From positions 29,328,001-29,392,000 of the forward strand of contig CM097885.1 of assembly GCA_044892525.1 (NCBI GenBank): a DNA stretch of 64,000 nt, in the 5' to 3' direction. The translations under genes were made by a program, and so were the position numbers. Under the pieces are notes generated by a model that worked only from the letters and a program-made list of their open reading frames with translations, searched no databases and was not told where the DNA came from. The stretch comes from Schmidtea polychroa. Lineage: Eukaryota. Of this stretch, positions 9,701 to 18,681 are shown in pieces (the stretch's first letter is position 1; the number at the start of each line of letters is the position of its first letter).

Positions 9701-11709
9701 TTCGTCGTGTTTATTATTCCCAATAACATAATAACAGAAATCATCAACCATGGAAATGCGAGTTTTCCCTTTTTCCTCACTGTCTTGGTTTTTGGGCTCT
9801 CAGCCTTTTGTATCAAATTTTCCCATCCGCCATTGTTTGCGATCCACCTAGCCAAATATTTATTCGTCATTTCCGTAGCTTTCTTTATCAATGATTTTGA
9901 ACTGTCATTTTCCAGACAACCATAAATACCAATCTCCAATATTATATAGGCTAACACTGTCAATATTACATCTCGATCTAACTCAGTTCGTGTTAGGTCC
10001 TCAATTACTGCTTCCTCACAAAATTCCTTTTCTTCATAATTTCTTTTAATTATCGACGGTAATCTCCTCTTTAATTCCGTTGCCAATCTTTTTACAACTC
10101 TTTCCTCCCCCTCCGAAGTATCATCTTCTGTTTCAGTTTCATCTAACAAGTACAATTCCGTAACTAAACTTTTTAATATTCGTTCAGTCTCGTTTGATTC
10201 ATCTAATCGCTCAGTTTCGCTCGATTTATCTAAACTCAAAGATTCAATTTCCGCATCATTCTGTTTTTTCCGACATATCGCAATGTCATTTTTCGTTTCA
10301 ACGAAGTTCTCTTCGCTCTTCATCTCATCTATGCTCGGTAGTACCCTATTATCGGTGCTCGTTTCCTCGATATCCCTTGCAAATTCATTTTCCGATCCCA
10401 TTTCCTCATTTTCTATTGTTTCTAATCTCTGCAATTCATTAATTTCTTGATCAATTTCTCCTGGGTCATCTACAACTTCAGTTTTAATCTCCACATTATT
10501 ATTATCCATTTCATCATATAGAGGCCAAAACGGTACTATTACCGCATCTCTTTCCATTTCATCACTTTGTTTTGTTGCGTACACATTATTAATACAATTT
10601 GGGTTACATCCGTAGTTTAATAAATATTCGTCATCATCCAATTCTCGTCCTTTGAACGTCAACACGATAATTCCTTCATTACCTAATATCTCCGCTGCTT
10701 TTTGTCGTATTTTCTTTGCTTTTACACTCCAATGTTCCTGATAATATTCAATCCTTTGATCCGCAATATTTAACGCTATTATCAAAGACTTCGCACTATC
10801 GTCTGCCGCCTCATAATCATGTCCTAGTTTTCGGATTACCTCTTTTAGTTTTGCCTGATAACTCGTCGGTTTATTCGTATACGGTACGATGCATTCAAAC
10901 AACCCTTCTTTCATGTCTCGATCCATTTCGATGCTCATTATGAAGTCGATACTCGCATTAATTTTATCTCTATTCCCTGCATACAGGGTATCTTGTAAAT
11001 CTGCTAGAATCTTTTCCCAATTTTGTCTGTCTGAATTCAAAGTATTAACAGCATTAATAACATTTACTTTATTTTTCCAGCCTGGTATCAGACCGCAATC
11101 TACTAAGTACTCTTCGTCTTCCAGACATCGATTTTCGAATTTTAATTGCACTTGCCATCCACTGTATTGACGCAGTATTCGCTCCTTTAACTCTCTGATT
11201 TGTCCGTAGGCATTTACACGGAATTGGCACTTCACATTATCAAGTCCCGTCGTTTCCACTATGATATCAGCTAAATCCCTTGTTGACCGTAAAGCCTTGC
11301 CAAACCTTTGCATTTGTTTAAGTATCTCATCGTCTCTGTTTCCTTTGAATAACTTTGCACATAAATTTATGGCTCTCTTTAGTTCGCTTTGGGTTAGTGA
11401 CATCACACTGAGTTCTGCGATCCATCGTTTCAACTGGGAGTTGTCAGTTTCCATTTTCTCAAGCCATTTTTCAACTCGGGCTAACAGTGCAGTTGGATTC
11501 TCATCTGAAGTGATCTTTCGCACTTTCGTGGCAGGTTTTCCCTCACCTTCTGACACGGTTCCAATTATCATATGAGATTCAGTTTCCTCATCTGATTCAA
11601 ATTTCGCCACTAGTTTGTTTAGCTTCTGTCGCATTTCTCGAAATTCCTTTTCCATTTTGTCTTGAAATTCCTCTCTCTGAGCATATGTCATGTTACTGGT
11701 GTTTGGCAT
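6724..11709 (-). CDS. 1661-aa polyprotein segment: helical + ubiquitin-like (x2), acidic linker, Bcl-2-like domain, signal/TM, chuvirus-like glycoprotein, aspartic protease
   Basis: QLKFENRCLEDEEYLVDCGL and VLTFKGRELDDDEYLLNYG (ubiquitin-like); LARWIANNGGWENL (BH2); LVAYDC and GEALYSYKC..V.V....C.NELPV...F.EPVTRIL (glycoprotein); ALVDSGS and LIGMDIL (protease). Confidence 0.9.
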   Translation of the reverse strand: MPNTSNMTYAQREEFQDKMEKEFREMRQKLNKLVAKFESDEETESHMIIGTVSEGEGKPATKVRKITSDENPTALLARVEKWLEKMETDNSQLKRWIAELSVMSLTQSELKRAINLCAKLFKGNRDDEILKQMQRFGKALRSTRDLADIIVETTGLDNVKCQFRVNAYGQIRELKERILRQYSGWQVQLKFENRCLEDEEYLVDCGLIPGWKNKVNVINAVNTLNSDRQNWEKILADLQDTLYAGNRDKINASIDFIMSIEMDRDMKEGLFECIVPYTNKPTSYQAKLKEVIRKLGHDYEAADDSAKSLIIALNIADQRIEYYQEHWSVKAKKIRQKAAEILGNEGIIVLTFKGRELDDDEYLLNYGCNPNCINNVYATKQSDEMERDAVIVPFWPLYDEMDNNNVEIKTEVVDDPGEIDQEINELQRLETIENEEMGSENEFARDIEETSTDNRVLPSIDEMKSEENFVETKNDIAICRKKQNDAEIESLSLDKSSETERLDESNETERILKSLVTELYLLDETETEDDTSEGEERVVKRLATELKRRLPSIIKRNYEEKEFCEEAVIEDLTRTELDRDVILTVLAYIILEIGIYGCLENDSSKSLIKKATEMTNKYLARWIANNGGWENLIQKAESPKTKTVRKKGKLAFPWLMISVIMLLGIINTTNSLVAYDCSQTEIGRVYSLVNVAECSDAYPVKFKVTNPVKYYVYQESGFRRAKVRECTVKRTTFVFYCGKWSHSSMVKMQSIPRPIEIIPENCLAAFQTGQLKINADLKLQAKLNHKIRETVTVRGIIKSNGDCQGEPYKVDDAIMDKAVVVEEYMSELREFDGSFDDDTGKLQTHPFCNMKQSSCQTGESILVYDVDTKKCNLVQLKSMSFKEITGEQIREKPEKIRMDPATSTTTRITPLRMKDTPTVLMSTSEEDGMRFLRKETKTKCGQSVYETNYKGIYVSQKMITEAQTNIHAGDIKLTNYFNNKIDYLFHFGQNTVENVYREVIINDCNLNKEILRNRMAMAITNPNLVAPMLIAENGVFARIFGEALYSYKCKAVPVKLTKYDQCTNELPVNLNGKLRFMEPVTRILLEEDAKPKVLQCNRLLAPLYRLTPESWIALPDHREVKTPENLELTELQYLVNFTSLEKLSQSGIYSNEDIEEARRNLLFPSKKERVIMEMVDTILPSGSGKVNYEYLLIPDHYKKATYNTMKKIWGKFMFIGQACAGLIGIYVICVVIKVIISQVLSTHRLYAITGWSWKLVIGCIPLLARFFITHHQYQELEILKARILKKKKVSYASTTPSRDENNDNDEGDSAPLYVDNQELSGMNKEALRTYQILKEPLLNASSVDTFTKLCIPKSFMQPSPVYPVDRLREMKPVENIALQCEGMVGERIEPSSAEIERKNMLGLPCNYSMMTLTKRGKQPRIFIQMNKHKVEALVDSGSSHTIVSENVLNAKEKMRIKPTDEIVRSLSKNELNIIGQLSVIFHIGDRIIAHDALIMKGSPVRCLIGMDILEQLDGVSLDLKTGNLIAGETGEIIHRAGEVFVNQTLTIPPQSEMVYCANTMSVDNGDFIFEPNQTLVEKYDLPICDEVVKVENQIVPVHITNSSKKPVQLHPKTKLGKLSKMSIETNCKIPRNVKVYKEPEVVSNDLNEMQKKEFTKLLRKY

Positions 11710-11757
11710 ATCTTCTTGGAATCTGATTGATTTCTTTAAGATAGGTCTGCTGAATCT

Positions 11758-12849
11758 TTATGAGTTCCTTGGGCATGATCGCGCCATGTGGCCGTATCCC
11801 TTGCACGAGTGACATTGGATCTGTCCATTTGTATTCACTTTGTCCCTTTGTGGTGAAGGTGACGTTGACGATGACCTTGATCTGGTAAAACAGTTTCTGC
11901 TAATATGCCCTTTCTTTCCGCATCGATAGCATTCGACATCACTGCTGATCCGTTTGGTTTCTGTGAATCTCTTGTTAGGGCTGGGATTTTTCCCATATTT
12001 GAACCAACATTGATTTGAGTAGTGTCCAGACTTTTTGCAATGTTCGCATTGAGGATTATTTACCTGTCCATTTGATTGTACGTTCATGGCTGATCTACTG
12101 GCTTGAAATCTATTATTTGGTCTCAAAATTGGACTACTGATCTGATTTATTTTCTTTTCATCCCATGGTGCTCTCACAGGCGTAATTGATCGCTCACGTC
12201 TCTCCACATTAACTCCAAAAGCATCTGATCTTTTTGCACTTTTTAAATTCAGCTCTATCTTCATGGCTTTCTTCACGAGCTCATCAAAATTGGAAAAATC
12301 CACATAACATAGGGCTTTTTTGATTTCGGAGTGGACTCCGGTTATAAACTGATCTTCTAATAGCTCTTTAACCTGCTTGGCCATATCTGCTTGGTCTGGT
12401 TTAACTTCAAAGGCTTTATCTGCTAAAGTGGTCAGATGATAAGCAAACTCACTGACCGATTCATCTGGACCTTGAACTCGATTATAAAATTTCTGTCGCA
12501 TGATTCTTTTGATATCTCCACCAACCAGTTTCAGTGCCATTGCATCCTTCAATTTTGTCCAATCATTACCAACATTTCGTTTGTCGACTTGCTGCCAGGC
12601 TTCTCTTGCCGCACCCTTCAGATAGAGTGGGAATCTCTGAACCATAATGGCTTGTGTCCATCCGTATGCTGAGGCGTACATATAATAATCTCCCATGAAA
12701 TCTGCAAATTCAACAGGGTCTCCTCCATATTGATTGACGGGTAATTTCTGGCAACTTGCGAAATCAATCATCTCTCTATTGAGAGGCATAACAGCATTAT
12801 CATTTGCCATTTGGACTTGTTTCTGACTTCTGAGGTTGTATCGGTTCAC
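11758..12849 (-). CDS. gag: Gag with capsid region and three CCHC zinc knuckles (GTG start at 12849; first ATG at 12810)
   Basis: LKGAAREAW, QGPDESVSEF, DQFITG; CEHCKKSGHYSNQC, CYRCGKKGHISRNC, CHSCKGYGHMARSC. Confidence 0.95.
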   Translation of the reverse strand: MNRYNLRSQKQVQMANDNAVMPLNREMIDFASCQKLPVNQYGGDPVEFADFMGDYYMYASAYGWTQAIMVQRFPLYLKGAAREAWQQVDKRNVGNDWTKLKDAMALKLVGGDIKRIMRQKFYNRVQGPDESVSEFAYHLTTLADKAFEVKPDQADMAKQVKELLEDQFITGVHSEIKKALCYVDFSNFDELVKKAMKIELNLKSAKRSDAFGVNVERRERSITPVRAPWDEKKINQISSPILRPNNRFQASRSAMNVQSNGQVNNPQCEHCKKSGHYSNQCWFKYGKNPSPNKRFTETKRISSDVECYRCGKKGHISRNCFTRSRSSSTSPSPQRDKVNTNGQIQCHSCKGYGHMARSCPRNS

Positions 12850-13113
12850 TTTGAGCTAAACGTCAAACGTTAAACAATAATTTAAAATTACTTTTCAACT
12901 TCTTTTAAATCTCCCAATAATAGCCTTTTATAATCTCGTTAACACTATTTTCAAACCTCTAAGCCGACTTTCACTCACGTCAGTACTAATTCTTTTTATA
13001 ATTCCTTTTTCACTAGCTTCCAATAATTTCCCTCCGACTTTCAATCACGTCGGTACTATTTTCCAATAATTAATTCTTTCACTGACTTTCAATAATTTTC
13101 CGCCGACTTTCGA

Positions 13114-13131
13114 ATCACGTCGGGCTCACCA
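13114..13131 (-). promoter_or_regulatory. Primer binding site complementary to the tRNA-Trp 3' end
   Basis: Minus strand TGGTGAGCCCGACGTGAT. Plus strand 13109-13131 TTCGAATCACGTCGGGCTCACCA matches the animal tRNA-Trp 3' end as I recall it (..GGGGTCACCA) with one mismatch; 7 nt from the LTR edge. Confidence 0.9.
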
Positions 13132-13138
13132 GAATATA

Positions 13139-14199
13139 TGTTGGGTTTTGGATTATTTCAAGTCGGTTCTCTCTGACTCCTGGTGTTCTTTAAATTAAAA
13201 CAATGAACGACCCAACGTATATTGAAACAACAAGTTCACAATGTATTATCACGCTACAATTACCAATCAAAGTTTTATACGATTCTCCGCTCGGCGTTGA
13301 TGCTTTGCCAACAAACAATATTCACCTTTTGTTCCTTTAGTTCTCTCGACTCTCTTTTTCCTCGGTTTCTCTTTGGTTTGATCCCTTTCTGCCTTTCCGT
13401 ATTCTTAATTCTATTTCTTCTTTTCCCTACTTCCCTAAATTCGTTTTTTACCTCTCGACTATTCTCGATTCTTCTTACCCTACCTGAGGCAAAATGCCGA
13501 TTTTCTCTGATTTTCCCTTTGCTTATATACTCCTCGAAATCAGGATGACAAATGGTTATTGTCGAGCCAATCTTTCGTTTGACATTTTCTCCTACGTGTT
13601 TGCTTCGGCTGTCATCCATAATGGTCCAACGAATCCAGATAATTAATGGCCCTACCGGTCTTCCTACGCGCGCTATCTTCTCCTTACTCTTTTCCCATTA
13701 ATCATCGTGTCAAGCTAATGGGCCCAAATCTTCCTTTTGTTTGCCTTTCTTCTTGTTTACCCAGCTCGGGTTTCCTTTATCTCTCGGGTTCTCCATTGGC
13801 TCGGGTTTCCCATTAGCTCGGGTTTTCCATTAGCCAATTAATTAATTAATTAACGTTTTCTGTTTTCATACATTTGAATGTTTTTCGACCCTTCCTAACC
13901 CTTTTCTGATAAATCCCTAACCATCATCTTGTTGACCATTAGCTAATCTATACCTGTCCCGTTTTTCCCATTCGATTTCGATGATTTTTCCCTTTATTGA
14001 TTTTTCTCGGATTTCCGGATTCTCGCCTTTCGTAATTGCTTTTGGCATTTTCTAATACTGTTTCTATCACACTTTCCTTTACTATTGATTCTGTGCACGA
14101 TCCCGCTTTTATTTGCCTTTTTTTCCTCGCTTACTTTCCATTTGAATTATTATTCTAAATTTTATTTAAATTTTTAATTTTAATTTACAGACCTCAACA
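13139..14199 (-). repeat. 5' LTR (~1.06 kb)
   Basis: Ends TGTTG...CAACA; adjacent to the PBS; unrelated gypsy RNase H coding sequence starts at 14200; four 17-18 nt ctcgggtt(t/c)cc repeats at ~13763-13835. Confidence 0.85.
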
Positions 14200-15709
14200 T
14201 TATTTTTGCATTCATTTTAAGCACTATCTCTACGGAAGAAGATTCACGCTCAGGACAGACCACAAGGCAATCACGTTTATGATGACAACCTAGAAGCCGA
14301 TTACTTCACAATTCCAAACACGGATCAATTATTTGAGCAGTTTAGATATAAGAGTAGAATACAGAAAGGGTATTAATCACCAAAATGCAGACATGGTGTC
14401 GAGAACTAAATGTGACACGTGTGTTCAATGTCAAATGGACCACGAAGAAGGTAAGAAAGGAAAGATAAAAACCAGATTACTAGACTCGATCAGAGAAGAA
14501 GGAAGAAGCAACATCCAACATGGAATTGTAGAAGAAGTACGAAAGAAAACGATGATACCTGAAAATGAGTTACAAGAAACAATAAAGGAAATACATAGAC
14601 TATTGTGTCATGCTGGAGTCGAGAAGATAGCCGATTATATGAAAGATAGATATGTTGGAAAACACCTGTGGAGTCAGATTCAGGAAATTGTTCGAAGTTG
14701 TCAGATTTGTCAAAAAACCAAGGCTTTAACAATAACAACGAAAGAACCATTAAAAAAACAAGATTCGAAGGAAATGTTCGAAATTATATTCGTGGATATA
14801 TGTGGACCGTTGACAGAAACAAAAGGACGTAAGAAGTATATATTGGGCGTAATAGATCAGTATAGTAAGTATCAAGTCTTGACGGCGATAACAAAACAAG
14901 ACGAAGAAAAAATAAAGAAAACGATTTTAGAAAAGTGGATTTTAAGATTTTGATGCCCAAAGGAGATAAAAGTTGATTGCGGAAAGGCGTTCGAATCAGG
15001 AATGATGAGAGAATTCACAAAGATGCTAGATATTAAATTATGTTTTTCGAGTCCATACCATCACCAAACAAACGGTCAGATAGAAAGACAATTCCGGACA
15101 ATACGGGATTTGACAAATGCTACTTTACAAGATAGAAAGAAGACGGATTGGGCAGAGATATTACCAGAAGTCGAATTCACTTTAAATGCAACCAAACAAA
15201 AAACGACAGGGAAAAGCCCGGCAGAGATAGTTTTTGGAAAAAAGATTAGCAGGGAAAAATACCGATAAAGGAAGAAATAGAAGAACAAACAAGGAGAAAA
15301 TTCAATGTAGGAGAAGAAGTATTAGTAAAAGTAGAAACACGCCACAAAGGCCAGGACAGGTAAGAAGGTCCGTACAAAGTGATAAAGAAAGTGCATGAAA
15401 GACGATACATCTTAAGAAATGAAGATGGAAAAAGGATCGAAAGAAATGTGGAAAAACTTAAAAATTTCTTAAGAAGGGGGATATGAGGAAGTTTTTTGAT
15501 GAAGAAATTTTTAAATTGAAAATTTTAAAAATTAAATTTTAGATTAAATTTTAAAAATAAATAAGAAGATATTTTAATTAAAAATATCTTCGTAGAAAAT
15601 TTGTTTAAATAAGAAAGTTTTAAGAAGATATAATTTGATACTGATATTTACTGAAATAAAATTTATGGAAGCATAAACTGATTTTAATGTTTTACAGGAT
15701 GAACATCCT

Positions 15710-15712
<3 letters not shown>
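14200..15712 (+). mobile_element. 3' part of a second, decayed gypsy element (RNase H end, integrase, PPT, partial 3' LTR) interrupted by the large element
   Basis: YFCIHFKHYLYGRRFTLRTDHK from 14201; FVDICGP, VDCGKAF, NGQIER, EGPYKV with stops; PPT aagaaggggg 15471-15480 then TG at 15484; runs into (TA)n. Confidence 0.9.
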
Positions 15713-15765
<53 letters not shown>

Positions 15766-16069
15766 ATATTTTATATTTATATTTTATCTGTCCACAAAAA
15801 TTAACAAAACAGCGAACGGAGCTTAATTAGTAACAATTTTATTTGATTTTAAGGTTTAAATACTGGAAAATAAAGATTGTCCAAGAAGAATCGAATGATG
15901 ATAAAAGTGATATAGAACTTAAAGAAGAGACGAGTTATGGTAGAACTTTAAATTTTATTTTCTGAAGTTATTTGAATATTTTAATCTTTTATAAATTTAA
16001 GAATTTCAAAATATTTGTTTGAATATTTATTGTTGAAATACAATTTTGGGTAATTAATTAATTGTTGTT

Positions 16070-16140
16070 AGTAGATGGATAGGGGCCCGCTAACTCACAT
16101 ATCTCCCCTATTGAGGATTTTTTCCCTAAAATTCCTAGTA
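16070..16140 (+). repeat. Polinton-like terminal sequence (solo)
   Basis: agtagatggataggggcccgcta resembles the terminus agtagatagaaagggcaccgcta of the 36048-45689 element. Confidence 0.45.
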
Positions 16141-17767
16141 TTTTTATGTAGGTCAGTAGATCGATTGTTCCCCGATGGTACAGTAGTTCACTGAGTTTTT
16201 ATGTTTTCAAGTAATTTATGTGTTTTCATTGATTTTTTTTGTTTTTCGTTGAATTTCTGTTTTTCAAGAAACTTTTATGTATCTCACACTAAATTATTCA
16301 AATTTTAAGTAGGTCAAATCATCTTTAACACATAATCCCCGCTTGCACAATATATACTATATAGTTTTATTAGATATAAGTTATACACACAGTATATAAT
16401 TTAATTAATTACACACACATACGCATATTTTATATAGTGTTAGTAGATATAACGTATACACACACTACATAGCAGCACTAGTCAGAAATAATGCTGAATC
16501 AGATCATCTCAACCTGATTAACTGTATACATTAACTCCATGAAGTAAATATTTCGGTTAATCCATAAAGTCGAGCATATTGTGAAAACCTTTGAGCCTTT
16601 AATCCACTTTTTCCTTTCATCATCTGGTATAGCATAGCCCATGTATTTATAGTTACGTAATTTTAATTAATAATAGTTTATATTAATGGTTTGTGAATAT
16701 GTATTGTTACCGCCCTCAATCTTAATATTATTAAATCCGAAAAAAAATCTTTAAAAAGTGTATGATGCTGCAGCATCATCCGCTTAATAGTGAAGAAGAG
16801 GAATTTGCATAAATAATATGCATCAATATTTCTTTTTATATTTGAATTTTTATAAATTTGAATTTTTATTTAGTTCTTAATTTTTAAAAACGTGAATTAT
16901 TTTGTAAAATTTTATTAATTTATTATAATTTTGTTGAAGACTTCCTAATAAAATCTTGAATATTAACTTATTAAAGTTTCATTTTATTAATTTAAATGCA
17001 GAACCTAACCCCTTTTATCTATAGAGTTCATGTCTCTTATGACGCGATTTCCGACAACACGAAATTTCCTGAGAACGTATCCGTCTTGTTGTAAGAGGGT
17101 TGACTGTATTTTAATAATTGATCTTTTGAGATTATGACGTATTTTTAAGTTCACAAAAATAAATAATCTAATACAATAAATGTTTTTTTATCTTCAATCA
17201 TTTGATCATTTATACCTCGTTGCAGTCATTTTATATTCTAATTCAACTCAACAATAATTAAGTAATACCAAAACAACAAATATTAAAAGGAAATGTTTTC
17301 AAAAAAGTGTTTTTTCTTTTTAAACACTTTCATTTTTTTAATTTGTTGATTTTTAAAATAATAATAATAAAAAACCCTAACCCTAATACAGTATAATTAC
17401 TTATTTATTAAATAAAATATTTTATTTAATTATTTTAAATATTATTCTTACAACTATAATTATAAATAAATTGTACATGAAATTAAATGATAAAACACTA
17501 ATAATTAAAAAATATATGTCTAAAGTGATGATTTCTTGTTAGCAGCATTAATAAAATTTTAAACCATTTTTTTCCCAGCAAATAATATATTTAATACAAA
17601 TGAACAAATTTTCTACTATACGATACCCCTTGTCACGGAAATTGACAAATAGTATAGTCGAAAATTGTATTAAATATATTATTTGAAGCAAAAAACTTAA
17701 ATTATCATTTAATTATTATAAGAACTTCTATTTCTCCCAATTTCACCGTTGATTATTTTATCCATTG

Positions 17768-17856
17768 AATTAAAAAGAGAGTTTGAAGACTATAAATCAG
17801 TAATATATCGATGTTTGTTGATACTGATTTATAGTCTTCAAACTCTCTTTTTAATT
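17768..17856. repeat. Fold-back (hairpin) repeat family, copy 1; related copies at 23367-23537, 25005-25081, 46929-47056 and 49720-49826
   Basis: Arms gactat(a/g)aatcagta...tactgatt(t/c)atagtc; shared flanking motif ttcaccactga...ccattg. Confidence 0.8.
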
Positions 17857-18342
17857 GTTTAAAAAATTAATATTATTAAATGAAATATTAGCACTATTAA
17901 ATGAGAAGATCATATTAAAAAGATAAGAAACTTTACACTCCCATTCTGTAAAGTTTGAGATAAAAAGGAAATTTAGCAAATTACACATGACTTGAGTTAA
18001 TGGAATGTATTACTCATAAAATTTATTCAAGTTAAAACTAAAATGATAAAGAATTATTTAATTACAATTTTTTAATTAAAATGAGAAGGAATTTAAATAA
18101 GATAATTTTGACTTTGTTACTTATGTCTCTGTAGGTAATGAGAATTGAAGACAGATTATAATTAAAAGATAAGCAAATAACAAATATAAAGTAAAACTTC
18201 AAAATTAATGAACAACTGAGCAAAAATATAATAGATTTCTTATTTGTTCATTTAAAGTGATTTCTGTTATTTTATTTCACTTCTACATAATTCAAATATT
18301 TGCGACAAAAAAAACAGTGTTATTTTAGTTTATAGTTACTAT

Positions 18343-18681
18343 TAAAACCATCATTTTTTATTCATGTCCGTTTTTTTATTTGGGGGGGAGGCCGGGCCCT
18401 CCTGGCCCCCCCCCCCGACGGTACGGGCCTGTGATGACTTCAACATTTAAATAACATGCATAATAAATATCCCCAGATATTTTCTAATTTAGGGCGTTTT
18501 AACTGAAAAATTGCGAATTTTTTCAGTTAAAACGCCCTAAATTAGAAAATATCTGGGGATATTTATTATGCATGTTATTTAAATGTTGAAGTCATCACAG
18601 GCCCGTACCGTCGGGGGGGCCAGGAGGGCCCGGCCTCCCCCCAAATAAAAAAACGGACATGAATAAAAAATGATGGTTTTA
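18343..18681. repeat. Near-perfect 339-bp palindrome: inverted duplication of the hAT left end plus its flank
   Basis: Arms are reverse complements apart from homopolymer lengths; centre ~18514. Confidence 0.95.

Larger units (their letters stand above)
1..14199 (-). mobile_element. Large Ty3/gypsy (Metaviridae-like) LTR retroelement with envelope and accessory domains; 3' LTR not in window, so the left boundary is open
   Basis: LTR, PBS, gag and PR-RT-RH-IN in gypsy order on the minus strand. No second copy of the LTR is seen in 1-2800, so that region is taken as 3' internal sequence (inference). Confidence 0.9.

Noticed and set aside
13109..13131. tRNA gene
   Set aside because: Only the 3' 23 nt with encoded CCA, beside an LTR; this is a PBS
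3782..13619. Short plus-strand ORFs opposite the polyprotein, and the two ORFs inside the LTR
   Set aside because: Antisense shadows of the long ORF or of purine-skewed LTR sequence; no motifs
13763..13835. NF-kB or CSL sites in the LTR repeats
   Set aside because: The GGGTTTCC/TGGGAA matches are short and ambiguous; only the tandem repeats themselves are supportable
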